Notes under the pieces: generated by a model
Told to the model about the DNA's origin: nothing
The model's database searches: none
The model's input: the letters and a program-made list of their open reading frames with translations, nothing else
Made by a program: the position numbers and the translations under genes
NCBI RefSeq assembly: GCF_000315625.1
Contig: NW_005434569.1
Coordinates: 172,229-236,228, forward strand
Origin: Guillardia theta CCMP2712
Taxonomy: Eukaryota; Protista; Cryptophyta
DNA: 64,000 nucleotides
Reading direction: 5' to 3'
In this document: one piece after another, positions 23,101 through 29,176 of the stretch
Layout of the letters: each line of letters begins with the position of its first letter
Position numbering within the stretch: the stretch's first letter is position 1

Positions 23101-24376
23101 CGATGCCGTACGCTGTCTCCACCGGGAACGGCCAGTTGTTGTACGCCACCTCCCTCTGCACCTGCTTGTAGAATATGTTGTACTCCGTCGACCTGCCGTC
23201 CGTCACCGCATACATCCCCGGTGTCAGGCCCACGAGCGTGCGGGGGTTGGATCCAAAGAGCGCGGCGCTGTCCGCATCCGTGTAGCTCAGCTGTATCGGG
23301 ACGGGATCACAAGTAGGTGCAGAGCCGGTGAAGAGCGCCTGCAGGATCACGAGAACGATATCAAGCCAGTTGTCAACGACCTTCCCCATGTATCTCAACC
23401 CGGCGGTCATCAGCCCCACCGATGGCCGGATGTCGGGGGCACAGAGGATATGCTGCTGCACTGTGGCCATCGGGAGGCTCTTCCCGTACACGCATCGGTG
23501 TGCGGTGATGTAGGGCATCTGCACAAAGAGGTTCAGCAAGGAATTCACGATGCAGTGTATCCCCTTGTAGAGGTTCATGTCACTGAGAGGGAAGCTCAGG
23601 ATGTCGATCACGGCATTGGCTGCCGAGCAACCGAACCTGATGAACCGCACCATGTAGAGGACCATATCCCGCAGGTCTGCGGCGGGTGTGATCAGGTCGA
23701 GGTTCACCATCCCGGGCTCGAAGCACTCCAGCGAGCCCGTGACGTTGGCGATCAGAGGGCTTGCCGCGGGCCCTGCCTGCAGCCCTGCCTTTGGGTTGCT
23801 GGCACAGCCCACGACGTTGATGAGATAGTTGCTGATGGAGATCATGATCTGGGTGCAGAAATTAAAGAAGGCCGTGCCGAACCTCGCCAGGTTCCCAAGG
23901 TTGGCCATGTCGGCGATGACGGTGGGGAGGAAGATCTGGCTGACGACACCATTTACAATCCACGTGAGGCAGTTGTAGATCGCGAGGATATGCCCGAAGA
24001 ACATCTCCAGCATCTCCAAGGGTATGACAAACACGAAATGCAGGTACTCCCCAACCCCCGAGTTGTAGACGTCGACAAACGATACCGCGACCCCCGGTGC
24101 GAATTCCAGCAGGATCGAGAGGAACGCCATGAGGAGCACCAGGATGCCAAACCAGACCAGGTTCCTCGCGATGTATCCCAGCGACTGCGCAGCGATGTCC
24201 GTGTAGAACCCAACAAACGAGAAGACGTTGTCAACAAACGTCCCGAGCACCGACATCGATGCAAGCCTCTTGGTGGGCTGCATCGACCGGTCGGAGAACA
24301 GCGTGATCCCCGCATGCACAACGCGCTCGAGCAGCACGAAGCCCAGCACGCATGCGAAGAAGATCAGAAAGTACAT
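5171..24376 (-). CDS. Giant (~6,400 aa) Cys-rich membrane/secreted protein
   Basis: 19.2-kb uninterrupted ORF; first ATG 24376 (MYFLIFFACVLGFVLL); hydrophobic segments at N-terminus, internally and at C-terminus; many Cys clusters and N-x-S/T sequons. Confidence 0.92.
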   Translation of the reverse strand: MYFLIFFACVLGFVLLERVVHAGITLFSDRSMQPTKRLASMSVLGTFVDNVFSFVGFYTDIAAQSLGYIARNLVWFGILVLLMAFLSILLEFAPGVAVSFVDVYNSGVGEYLHFVFVIPLEMLEMFFGHILAIYNCLTWIVNGVVSQIFLPTVIADMANLGNLARFGTAFFNFCTQIMISISNYLINVVGCASNPKAGLQAGPAASPLIANVTGSLECFEPGMVNLDLITPAADLRDMVLYMVRFIRFGCSAANAVIDILSFPLSDMNLYKGIHCIVNSLLNLFVQMPYITAHRCVYGKSLPMATVQQHILCAPDIRPSVGLMTAGLRYMGKVVDNWLDIVLVILQALFTGSAPTCDPVPIQLSYTDADSAALFGSNPRTLVGLTPGMYAVTDGRSTEYNIFYKQVQREVAYNNWPFPVETAYGIAAVKYGELPEGDDAGHFSTGMLGCECLDIAGEGVRITCAIVPYLSRANVQFTAGMMQEVLQSYVNGDKYQTMAANSTNATQKIPVSFAIPSSSQYVTCKRLKIEVQSLRWPASRVSASTVSANSWNQIKGATQVDSSLLNAQNQADAAIYVMPHCSFSGVPDPACIPGFTGFSCYPYCIGIHLTGSVNQGIVLYGANDWRDSVQYILRDCGVATSSAGALISSLSSTAKARFQIVNGVVSDAASQMSWDPATQTCVNSKDVASRMDLNVTPAYQFPQDVSTPTIRETYQPFVFAGDVVLTAYQDGLAQWNVKVSRIFGQDDYTYRLVDLPGLIPAHDICLGSKSCSSTVQPNEIGIPYAYQAYPEIYNPSTTSEWAILYATNPNPEVYQAFSDYCAGLNAGFSITVDSSYGMIRVWKFNAFSLDQSQTTGAAVMTWTFEGFNGNQAVSNCGALYNMSVVHLEYINEYNVAVTVLQSSMQSFDTVTRQPRAGYSGYAYAVYFVNPATNEGPATQMFQELVPQSMLSEGLLCPSMRRMPEIGSSLAESFSGVLEFMRLPINIIVLFPAVFSAGDWYRFTECPSVTFGHSLLLACGKDILNVDNAFRSFQRASSLYYMSFVKIATFGQQLSKNNVVLLSIKQMVIGTSVIKTYQSSGAPKFMDVVLTAVDFNKPLKRLTSTLTFSMPPWVRVFGSFVRVGSNSIILFLHLMERLIMEYVLKLAAGQPIDAGIFYVLTGLHDDVSQYLLQPSIEMCDGASMILGYSNPPASALRHFCRMFATSMLDGFDFVNVFFVYFPVVTCVCKDAQGKDYSQYVKDSCYPWAPVAFRPVISDLLQLSGGSRTTMCSLMVNLTNDKITTAFDSTFTELYRGISSIGSVFDYLFIAFDPKSGICDNFYTSDYVMAILPEPVDYFQMCAHTNLCNLACGEEYNAFDTALRQVSQGKPLVYQMNQTTSIESRFFSSNDEYYGTNRLPFNIITMVEISGCNRICHGDISVSGPPQQPDRCIAIAGIDTGLNLVSKAYCLPSNLKTGIRTSAVVTDGSFANKAIDYSVAESKEWSSSVMRLSYASINLIDSIGESNILVAATVSSVFLISNQRQSYTLVQTIPASQNPILLTDLYTIEDMVVFPSDDIADIFIEGTTIQTINGNPSTAWVCIHIYLDTKKFAQLVALKTSAYTIQQCSDNQNIFSTIDTPYVTCLDPSCSGIALFPITDGYSVRVCDRNVDVLTCHPTGMSSNLATTLGLATVANPKISITQDNQIIRQTPKMSQNSLSGYNGPSQQSSMTIFAIANERVTTTWLSDIRLNIASGVWAGQRAFSTAYQILTTLKKNCSVDDCTGCMGYPTVQRLCYAASQCAVANCIGTTVNYQRPLCAIGASAEMVTRQILTILQSIYMIFSQNMKLLVDASTGQLNGVVRIEWPDEVFASTMCEAKDIIVTTVGMIASLINGITMKAQQILSSQAVSLVPFDPSFNARSTLSMASITNMFSQILILPIYIATVTQKIMVCTTNSVLGILNTDLFGNMQMVISNADIQSATADMTGVCLTQVFGQDVQSFALGGSSSTLNNAASQVASRFIDLGFTLNLSPLYHSADATLSYMRGVVYGFMDVLQTIDEKHCKLPDITTTTIAKCACGDYAHHINSARRGEGIREHAFWCTGVMQILRSDGKPYLIFNPYTFQELVDACRYNPSTGKGMDAYLRCMATTTRFGSCDTYRPTLPLLERQGIDAGTVLTRCRSNFANKVWDTGAAYISNYKLYPDLQNLGFIIDNVYNPSFIQQSVLNCFSESVRVGTGTDACLLGYLTLMNTSRVNYFLYSIASFSSDNADYADIDGCEVFTGPAQNPNPAIAHEFSQCLSTSLSSQCQLPQYIWSGRTSNRVPIASLHAVSYVPGSQALYQSVQDEYDAVAAEARALFTPEVLGWSNTELDLNFFSMEGDVIHQLFDCYFLGPFSAAELWPSGGSRSLQVLQYYRSSTLDRTFQIPSAGCDPAQDACCPQVSPFSCGGPGRMAIIHSFIQTLKRFNTDSSNNLLRQAVQNGVRAKLRQFRDVLTNTLLFGCQCGDGTNNLRCCKANEPDLWTSKDIQGINFDILETEDVLSGIYEKINQHIIDIYTNVTMFNEYSSNLTESQKTQAKDESLFDTSKPILRYDTEDILDPKSSQNLWQVCTNVLSQTFAVLPLNSTLDGLALDTIYSAYQHDATATPSSGYVDGIEETVQTLLSKAKAESPFYHGFRGGDVRYMPSKSQRCRDSQSTVRPVAYDILPSASGNRITLDASGTSYTMPPHLTGMQTASYGAYGLNLSSFTTRCYCGWKSTDGTSCSVPTGVCQTASLQGTALDAATIQEFYSICSAGSYSTFSQWLAVYRTMEAVWMPTWVCTDMQLSDVWGIVSDTKVDKWAVGVQGSLLGGYDFDWADLLTHGTSGLRLANMDYLQQNYPEFLNPSSRKHKLYNADTDTSAAIEDCIDDTNSDHSSNGFKDYVKDLARVDAHFRDHLMPMARTVHSSSTEAFCSRFVLELARLEALLHVDAIYQSTTPNPEIGSQRTTVDLWRLRCVTQVRLVSLCNLHGIYDIVPSGGLSATFDSSKCPYSHSVSCTNAYATSDCLVYCDGVFHDPCLCASLQGVACKGYTWSDTTGTCQLPIDPRTLDDDDMRLSTMTVPTVVPSEELQNTGLSASDMQTLASSINTYEQQYIDTFQMTLNDRRNLQTVSILGGRLGEGLLAGTALGSNEHADALLDYWPSHWIHPTGYHVTTGCRHTETAYRAFDTWMSVDYDTATDERYLVLDTRRLQNETLLRNYFGAASTCSSASYGMPMWETNNVRLQSRWTSGQRMDPTQPIKADTAPSGTFVQSTAATSWSDVPSNGRQSDQSFPSSGMLYRWWPGMLPAVSWPQSSTDLQRYRLPNHTAVGWNGDCGQTDFFTCTADGDCVSLYGEGFKCLRAWSDAEGKEMDGVCVVQNALAMECYQNYHCGAAGRVCTGMGTCVDPHVMLRNYAPWPVEMHVNSEACGTETLGHSPWQNSQDFLSRHGLCGFRSWFEYEQLIARSGVAGAATATLANIPDDIQWPSTDPYLTDAQIRLDMFDRGILQMEPHTCDMDYQFQFPSCVGNPSTTVDSLGIPLPVEAQGETTRTWVSSGDNKWSLQLCKLGSLERKRTGFLAPYQGYNREDSFGNISLSLSMCSELQICFLQDFYVMGYKMQGRLINRLNLQNLGTRRDAYTLQDALYCGSAGYLVDLSTSSTTLTDGVPCRMDPLTNPIARMLCEDYDVLKASCQFNPSYINEQAVGTLCRYYKYSYALADRNKVASALNDILLRGFKRGFNTWEEYQQQAVCIANVYNTMSLYAQSESTNEATQWYAYEFEPGVPTYFYPYMTLYFYDDASQMEIPMKWWAQCVILDGDVNIDGMIAGNIDQVPCAGWKNSHTAGYQPSTVRQFLMMANALYLQSSRRAVVNQDQIALSIYDTLYSKLLQAQADVTAAMGYSSHPEYINLTYVQLRKLQSRYNHDWAYNQYTTSSDVISDSTKITNTDPVYQDDGGLPADDGIPALLTQVLHFILSGDINLGYAAANSGVNRTARANLAFQRADFATDFLSRDKQYFDATSGILQYNFPNIFRRFLDSELDSILSSVLREDEPLEDFTYGDVQYNGALFRRYQSLIRDNTLQTTACLYSNFPGYEPGITKNLDQDPEVRLCDSAQNCRSINVCNPTPSYDQRTGQSCDLLHASQDDRCTNTYLNAPGVNGGNNISMQTHCKQFLFVRDIQSAVNPSLASVQFTTIDLDVTNPAGDICLRTDSTCLRDSQSLGGFSTPVDLVQSVRGVDIYVFYRDGTAGSRDPNADEFYSVEYPRTSTRWYPAWVDCFNVTGVNKSHLLSWTGWDAETVGSVQSTLNSWYAGTGQQPNFAVLSNEAIWSRYGARPTGVSTRCSTDSCSTSLGSVSPCPGKVCNVARDNSLVHAIALHLQNATEIFCASSATDALSKCPLRSVNQSVLAEIMNNLWICKSDCARVPLLKYIGKHLYRYRRIDESVLGFTSSDRNYIGLTGQSSAANGYTQKDAFRLMHFLVSRQITSGNGLLPSDLYNQLWITPDFLSLSFMDTNSKYPDTTLNLYELNSYRAQAETMRLQPLDKCINQIVKTTECTPASHRESLKSCLAQYKRKSASVADLEQSVLTKLTAAQVTSMHSLHWAKAARPSRDQYLDWVLSDMRCEETLQSEAVCYRTFDGYVLSLNPWLGGGFNIRDACDTVVLPNEFSTVISGGCKTGISACTEYNSLVYAQCITKNNQPPSRIDILSTAGNNLCNRGIRVNTTCLHEQGSFGGGSGTTMEDLYTRPATSMPYSGIFGSNPNPAFQARSPQFGILKQSQMDIGGSLLVADLAPLPDGVTHNLLPKCLPLAYATNADTSPSTPGIDPCASNNLDWLKTYAIDSRSDYDLNAAELGSASQNGAVSWDCPVREMHYWGGSSQSFRPKAPYGPRAATMFSETNQMGGTVGNGMSNPMQPFGTTIPDLADPFFVSEICSCSSKSDCSFLTTDTASSCGLYQTVDLLTGNQWKTKQSYAGTQGCKRSLDWPNTKGVLRDGTDLGSAAQNTDCPVHDRLREFQLRYLPVSITADAGITTLDAGGECHTGRLVRVPSTVPIGGRCHRYNFSHLECSTTALIAGKPVTSTSLHALDVPSPTDFVTQFQANHRRTFQECQPSPQLRSYVDRTDNARNPVSSSMRQFTSFGVPVRLSLSRTMAQDLRRQICGNSIDCPLLDNAIDPSKWTVDSFLQAYLQDFTSLFQIQSSASISTPAPPNPVNDSKFWDREWVFCSDSDRYSKPYSNRKCYGSIPKETWLDPKQRFGACRDAMSAAPTTSTMIPIRIWTLDSTMNNLSTHVASLLQRIQAANCKAAGVCVESRFLYNPSAYSISNQAFVTQTVLDFYQSVSSEACSSVYTTQEIQAVIAQNNNMKKQCAAEFLVPIYKLFGDLRQIVQTIVKLVFYAGMMGFNFMQLLLGINSDQVMPQVMHWFNMFINEARVLFEQIGNMVFELIRSAPFGDQLMKIIKIICTIINWFLNNFFFPVICPILHFVGDVCTGIGNALKTIHDISIIGIKPFTWIVYQIYLDVGNKLKSIDCNARNVLKCDIGNAFPPQAEDGTLPTPTRCWASYITSVSDGARLSCSASDTCLRATASSGSDTMVCDACPYGGSTSTVARYGCDPIRKQCMCNVMQTYETPCMTHEQCVNQIDATCVFMNSDIQPTFGNIPCAQCTTQPMCILQPGKTYGSCSCFLTRVDPQGCSNSDVTKAVAPKLSGLCLAQVTTSMGGFSASSSATYTISYNNLLATPCYNSNYDQVYCYSVFSSFFSFAPMLVSIGISGMSGAGASGPYGRRLLGLDSPEFYSHDATCMDAYDEYLLSNRTTRVFVSCITRFAATYDVARRHGIEDRIPPNMFVSLTDLMETIGNDPTALLLLLYNPTLVLELGMQTSIFQRLHRYYHVWTRVFHDLYYEIAIHGTKRNNSLHYRIDIDGGMYIHGDNISETTLLLLNILHGLSSHFNRSGVDGPLAIQNQLAMKHILSIAAEGPFAMHLLENITNASIGRHLLQTSWQTQRSEVKRFTASTSLNDGIVEPVGAATSNAWVDSPFAWPVNYDIPQTLGSCALLSNTLTLTRNAFGNVTLFYTQGSLLAASPRKVVSGSWPLSGLPQTKTVPPLQRPVNGDWISTMVFTVVSALEHTPFNRQFFYNALMASPGFLQDFLRCDRSAVMLCSKHKYTLLVSGIVVGILLAGTTAVITAFQIPYVSTFLWGTYPVITSYYAFGVSPFCAPMIPTCFIQDFVDIANVFFPSSFRFPDSLQTSPGCLNDPAVVNREACIIPCSDAPFEFNTWESEIAWWTCFISTDLCRSLGASIAGFPAAVQFTSLNRHISVKAAIIDAYQEDMINAQLVCGTLNIWRVIPIYIIIFFLLYVIGLLVSFPVFLLREVLKLIIATVIMTHRLKLDIRISQPQGRGL

Positions 24377-24511
24377 CCGGCGGCAACGCGCCGGCAATCA
24401 CCCCGCCCTTGTGCAAATAGTCCTAAATAGGGGAGGGTGGCCGTCTGATTGAAAATAAAGGGTCTGTCTTCTGCGGTGCGGGGGCAAAAGAGGGAACGCC
24501 CACGGCGCCCC

Positions 24512-25426
24512 ATGCCGTTCAAGCACGTGCATCTCGCCCTTGTCGCTTCGGTCATGGCCATCGCGGCCTACCTCACGAGCTTCCAGACCGAGATCCTCTA
24601 CGCCAGCCGCTATCACATCCCCAAGCAATGCCACGGCGTGGGGAGGAAGCAGGGGAGCGGCCGCTACGCCGTTCTCACGCTGCTGTCAAGCCCGAAGCAA
24701 GTGGATCAGGCGGTGGTTCTCGGCAAGTCCATCACTCTTTATTCGCGGGTAGAGTGCAGGGTGGACAGGATCGCCCTCCTCATAGAGCCAGAGCCATCCA
24801 CCGTTCACAAGCTGCAGAATGCAAAGTGGAGCATCAGGCCCTTTGCAAAGGACATCGAGGCGATGCAAACCAATCGCACGCGGCAGTCCAGCTGCCTCCC
24901 CATGCTCACCAAACTGCAGCTCCTGAACATGACGGAATACGACGCGGTGCTCTTCCTCGATTCCAACACTGTTGTGCTCGGAAACATCATGGTGCTCTTC
25001 ACCTACCATGCCCCGATGATGCGGAGGCTCTCCGCGCACGTCGGCTGGGTGAGGGAGCAGAGGCTGACTCTGCATTACAACCCCGGCGTGCTCCTCGTCA
25101 TCCCCGACGGATTCATCTTTGAGAGATCGGTCAAGGCGCTTGCCTCGCAACAGGGCTGTAATGAGGGCGGGGTTCTCAACTCCCTCTGGCGTGACGAGAC
25201 CTTTGAACTAGACCAGATCTACAACGCGATGACGGCCATGGCAGTGCAGAATGTGTCCTTCTTCGACACCATCCGCAATGACGTCAGGGTGTTCCACTCG
25301 ACCTTCTTCAAGCCCACCTACCTCTTCTTCATGGTTCGGTGCTACTGGCACGGGACCTACGACCTGTGCAGGGCGTGGGCTGAGATCGAGAGAATGCAGA
25401 CCACAAAGCTTCCCCCCTCCCCCTGA
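24512..25426 (+). CDS. GT8 (glycogenin-like) glycosyltransferase paralog A with degenerate motifs
   Basis: Signal anchor; YAVLTLL, LTKLQLLNMTEYDAVLFLDSN, YNPGVLLV, NEGGVLN. Confidence 0.85.
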   Translation: MPFKHVHLALVASVMAIAAYLTSFQTEILYASRYHIPKQCHGVGRKQGSGRYAVLTLLSSPKQVDQAVVLGKSITLYSRVECRVDRIALLIEPEPSTVHKLQNAKWSIRPFAKDIEAMQTNRTRQSSCLPMLTKLQLLNMTEYDAVLFLDSNTVVLGNIMVLFTYHAPMMRRLSAHVGWVREQRLTLHYNPGVLLVIPDGFIFERSVKALASQQGCNEGGVLNSLWRDETFELDQIYNAMTAMAVQNVSFFDTIRNDVRVFHSTFFKPTYLFFMVRCYWHGTYDLCRAWAEIERMQTTKLPPSP

Positions 25427-25491
25427 TTCCCCTTTTTATTGTGTACGAATGAATCCAGAGGTTAAAACCTAATTACCACGTCACTCCAACC

Positions 25492-26439
25492 ATGATCATG
25501 AGTCCATTGCACCACGCCCTTGTGATCGTCTTCATTCTCGGTGCGGTGTGCACGTATGACACTATCTCGCTGTCCGAGAGCATCTACCAACGACGCAGGC
25601 ACGTGCCAAAGCAGTGCAATTTCTACGCCAGGGAGCATGGCGCAGCAAGGTACGCGGTGGTGACACTGCTCACAACGAGCGATTATGTGAGGCTGGCAAG
25701 CACTCTGGGGAAATCCCTCCTGCTCTATTCGCAACTCCCCTGTAGCATCGACAGGATTGCCCTCATCACCGCTGAATCGAAGATCACGGGGAGCAAGATC
25801 ACCGAACTCTCCGATGCTGGTTGGGAGGTCCGGACGATTCAGACGATCCTCTCTCCCGAGCACATCAACTGGAACACTGTCAACACCGCTCGGTACATCC
25901 CTCTCCTCACCAAACTCCACATCTTCAACATGACGCAGTACGAAGCCGTGCTGTTTCTCGACTCCGACATGATCGCACTCGGGAATATCCACGTTCTCTT
26001 CACCGATGTCCTGCCCGAGATGAAATACAGGAAGATGCACATGGGATGGGTGAGGGACCAAGGCGGGACCTTCGCCAGGACTTTCAACACCGGTCTGCTC
26101 CTTGTCCTGCCTTCCACGGCCCTCTTCACCGACCTTATGCGATTCGTGAGAAGGGGCAAGTACGACACACTGTTCGCCGATCAGGGCGTGCTGAACTCCT
26201 ACTTTGGCCTTACCCAGTACGACATCGACGGAAGGTTCAACGTGATGACCAACATCCCACAGGACAATGCGACGCTGTACGATTCCATCCGTGACGATGT
26301 CAGGATATTCCACTCGACGCTGAAGCCAACAGATCCATTCTACATATCGCAGTGCATCTGGATGAGGGCACACGATCTCTGCCGTGCATGGAAGGACCTA
26401 GATAGCCTAGATATCAAGTTTAGACGGGCAATAAACTGA
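25492..26439 (+). CDS. GT8 (glycogenin-like) glycosyltransferase paralog B
   Basis: Signal anchor; TKLHIFNMTQYEAVLFLDSD (DxD), FNTGLLLVLPS, DQGVLN. Confidence 0.92.
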   Translation: MIMSPLHHALVIVFILGAVCTYDTISLSESIYQRRRHVPKQCNFYAREHGAARYAVVTLLTTSDYVRLASTLGKSLLLYSQLPCSIDRIALITAESKITGSKITELSDAGWEVRTIQTILSPEHINWNTVNTARYIPLLTKLHIFNMTQYEAVLFLDSDMIALGNIHVLFTDVLPEMKYRKMHMGWVRDQGGTFARTFNTGLLLVLPSTALFTDLMRFVRRGKYDTLFADQGVLNSYFGLTQYDIDGRFNVMTNIPQDNATLYDSIRDDVRIFHSTLKPTDPFYISQCIWMRAHDLCRAWKDLDSLDIKFRRAIN

Positions 26440-26505
26440 TGTGTTTCACCCTGGACGCCACACAGGGAGATAAAGCCATGCTCCAACCCCCAGACGATCG
26501 AATTC

Positions 26506-27810
26506 ATGACTGAGGTGGTCACCATCGAGGATGCCTGCCTCGAGGCGGACGAGGAGCTCGACAAGGCTATCACAGAGACCCTCCAGCACATACAGCCGGA
26601 GAGGTTCGACAACACGATCCCGTTTTACTCGCTACGCGCTGTGCAATCTATCTGCTTCATCGTCATCCTCGTCTTTCACACCTGTCTTGTTTTCAACGGC
26701 GAGGGATCCAACACCCGCTACCTGTTGCAACCGCTGGAGAGCATGATGATCGATGCCGTGACGATCCTCTTCGTGACAACGGGTTGCATCGACAGCTACA
26801 TCCATCATGGCGTCGCACTGGACAAGAGTTACATCATCACCAATGCCTACGGCGTGAATCACGTTCTATATGTACACATGGCTGTGGCAGGGATCATCTG
26901 GTTCTTCCTGGGCATGACCATCTACGGGCAGTGGTCGAATGCCATGTCTTGGGTGATCAATCTACTAGGAATGGCTTACCTGTCACCATTCCTAGAGTAC
27001 AACCAGCAGAGCCCCTGGATGCTCTTCAACCAGCCCACAAGCCTGCTGATGACCTGGCTCACCTGCAGGACGCTCTACCCCCTGGCCCGCAAGGCGCTCG
27101 ACACCGCGATACACATCACCCCGGGTCACCACGAGATCGTCAACATCCTCATATCCGTGGTGCAGACGAGCGTCTCCTCGATCATCACCTCGCTGCACAT
27201 GCGGGATAACAACCTCTACTTCTCCTTCCGGTTCATCCTCCCGAGGTTCTCGGAATACACCCTCGGCTGCGCAATCTTCACGTACCTCTTCGATGCCAAC
27301 TTCGAGAAGGACTCCAGGTACATCCGCCGAGCATCGGTGCTGCTGACGCGCGGGGCGATGCCGTTGGTAATCGCACACGCATGCATATGGATCGCACAGA
27401 TCGGTGATCCCGGCAGCCCTAGCGATCAGATCTGCACGAGGATCGCACACGGCGCTCCCTGCATGAGCAGGTTCGACAGCGTCATGTCAAGGGCGGTGCT
27501 GGCCTCGCTGCTCATCATCGCGACCTGCAAATCCAACTCCGGGATGACGATCCTTACCAACTGGCTGTGCGACAACCTTCAATGCCTGCAGACACAGGCC
27601 GTTTACCAGACACTCCTCTGCATCCCCGCCGCCGCCATCGTCACGGCCCTCGGCCTCTCCGGGCACGCCTCGCTGTTTGCATTCCTGTGCCTGCCCGTCA
27701 TTTACGCCTGGTCGAGAGTTGCAGGGTTTTGGCTTACACCGGTCCTTACTGCCGGGCTGGAGAGGGTGCTGGACAGGATGGGGCCGCATCTCCATAGGGT
27801 CCTGGGATAG
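26506..27810 (+). CDS. Multi-pass membrane protein, acyltransferase-3 (OafA-like) candidate
   Basis: ~9-10 hydrophobic helices; SLRAV..I..VILVFH (RxxxxxxxxxxH region), AVTILFVTTG, RFSEYTLG resemble AT3 motifs. Confidence 0.62.
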   Translation: MTEVVTIEDACLEADEELDKAITETLQHIQPERFDNTIPFYSLRAVQSICFIVILVFHTCLVFNGEGSNTRYLLQPLESMMIDAVTILFVTTGCIDSYIHHGVALDKSYIITNAYGVNHVLYVHMAVAGIIWFFLGMTIYGQWSNAMSWVINLLGMAYLSPFLEYNQQSPWMLFNQPTSLLMTWLTCRTLYPLARKALDTAIHITPGHHEIVNILISVVQTSVSSIITSLHMRDNNLYFSFRFILPRFSEYTLGCAIFTYLFDANFEKDSRYIRRASVLLTRGAMPLVIAHACIWIAQIGDPGSPSDQICTRIAHGAPCMSRFDSVMSRAVLASLLIIATCKSNSGMTILTNWLCDNLQCLQTQAVYQTLLCIPAAAIVTALGLSGHASLFAFLCLPVIYAWSRVAGFWLTPVLTAGLERVLDRMGPHLHRVLG

Positions 27811-27904
27811 GACCTAGCCTATGTACCCGGGAGATTGCAGGGAGATACACTCGGAGGGTTTAAAAGGAAGCGCCTTTTGCCCCCTCTCTCCATCCCACGC
27901 CTGC

Positions 27905-28108
27905 ATGCCACGCTTAGCAGAGGTAGAATTCGAGGTTGACCTCTGGTGCTACGAGGTCATGCCCACCGAGGAGGAGATCAAGGCGTGGGCCTTGGAGAAT
28001 CCACCCTTGGAAGAGCCGGAGATGGAAATTACGTCGACGCTCTATGACTGTGACGACGAGGATGTAGGTTTCAGCGATTTTTACGTATCCCTCACACCGA
28101 ACAAATAA
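27905..28108 (+). CDS. Small acidic hypothetical protein, 67 aa
   Basis: TTTAAAAG plus C-rich leader before ATG 27905; stop overlaps AATAAA. Confidence 0.6.
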   Translation: MPRLAEVEFEVDLWCYEVMPTEEEIKAWALENPPLEEPEMEITSTLYDCDDEDVGFSDFYVSLTPNK

Positions 28109-28186
28109 AAAAAAACGTATCTTGAAGCACCATTGATCGTCTGACATGCCACATGCTCACTTGCACAAGAAACCATACTGCGTCAC

Positions 28187-29110
28187 TTGCAAAAGGCTGT
28201 GCAAATGGGCCAGTTAAACTACGAATGGCACACATTCGGCTTCGAGATCCTCATGCAGGTCAACCCGAGAGAGTTCAACCTAGAGGGGAAGCGCATGATC
28301 CTCAGACACAACGCGAAGCACGTGTTCCAGCGCGAGATACAGTCGGGGAAGTGCATGATGAACCTCCTCCGTGAGCTCGAGAACGAGGGGAAGCAGAAGG
28401 GAAACAAGCACATATGCGGGTTCCGGTGGGTGGCAGAGAGGACCAAGATCGAGGAGGATTTCACGGTCAAGTCTTTTGTCGAGGACAACCTCGCCAGGCT
28501 CCTTCTCAACATGTCCAGGGTGATCCAGGAACAGGTGGAGACCCACATCCTTGCACACCCCAGGCTTCATCCCACGAACACAGACATCGAGATGCTCGAT
28601 GCCCCAAGGCCGCAAGAACTCCCTATCGTGAAGGGTAATACCTCCGCAACACACTGGCCGCTGATACTGCATTCCTCCCCTGATCGGAACATCGATGGTG
28701 GCCAGGAGTGGATGCAGTTCCTCCGCATGTGCCAGGAGATTGCCAGCACCCTCGGGGTCAGCCACCAGGAGGCTGTCTACCACAATTGCATCAAGATCGA
28801 GATGACAAGGCATCAAATCCCTCATATCTCACACTATCACTGCATGCAGAAGATGCCGGGTGGGAACCTCACCAAGATTGGTGAATGCGATCTGTTCGTC
28901 GAGCTCCGGTCGGGGGCGTTCCTCGTAGAACTCAAGGTGTGCGCAAGCTGGAGGAGATTCGAGAACCAGGTCAAGAAGTACATCAACGCATGCTACTCCG
29001 TCAATCAGAGGCTGCAGGGGGCTGCCATACTGAATTTCCACCCCAAGGGTTACATCGAGTGCATCATGTTCGATGTAAACTGCAGGCACACCCCCTCCGG
29101 GTCGTCCTGA
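28187..29110 (+). CDS. GxxExxY-family PD-(D/E)xK nuclease domain with N-terminal extension (start uncertain)
   Basis: LGVSHQEAVY...IGECDLFV...LVELK...QVKKYI...AILNF. Confidence 0.8.
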   Translation: MQKAVQMGQLNYEWHTFGFEILMQVNPREFNLEGKRMILRHNAKHVFQREIQSGKCMMNLLRELENEGKQKGNKHICGFRWVAERTKIEEDFTVKSFVEDNLARLLLNMSRVIQEQVETHILAHPRLHPTNTDIEMLDAPRPQELPIVKGNTSATHWPLILHSSPDRNIDGGQEWMQFLRMCQEIASTLGVSHQEAVYHNCIKIEMTRHQIPHISHYHCMQKMPGGNLTKIGECDLFVELRSGAFLVELKVCASWRRFENQVKKYINACYSVNQRLQGAAILNFHPKGYIECIMFDVNCRHTPSGSS

Positions 29111-29176
29111 ATCGGATTCATTTCATGTCGTCAATCATATTTAAGAAATACCACTCAGCTGCCTGCAACTCGAAGA

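Noticed and set aside
6398-24430. Long plus-strand ORFs opposite the giant gene (e.g. 6398-8158, 22094-24430), also 30299-31777 and 41602-42531
   Set aside because: Antisense shadows expected from strong GC3 bias; no motifs or promoter signals.
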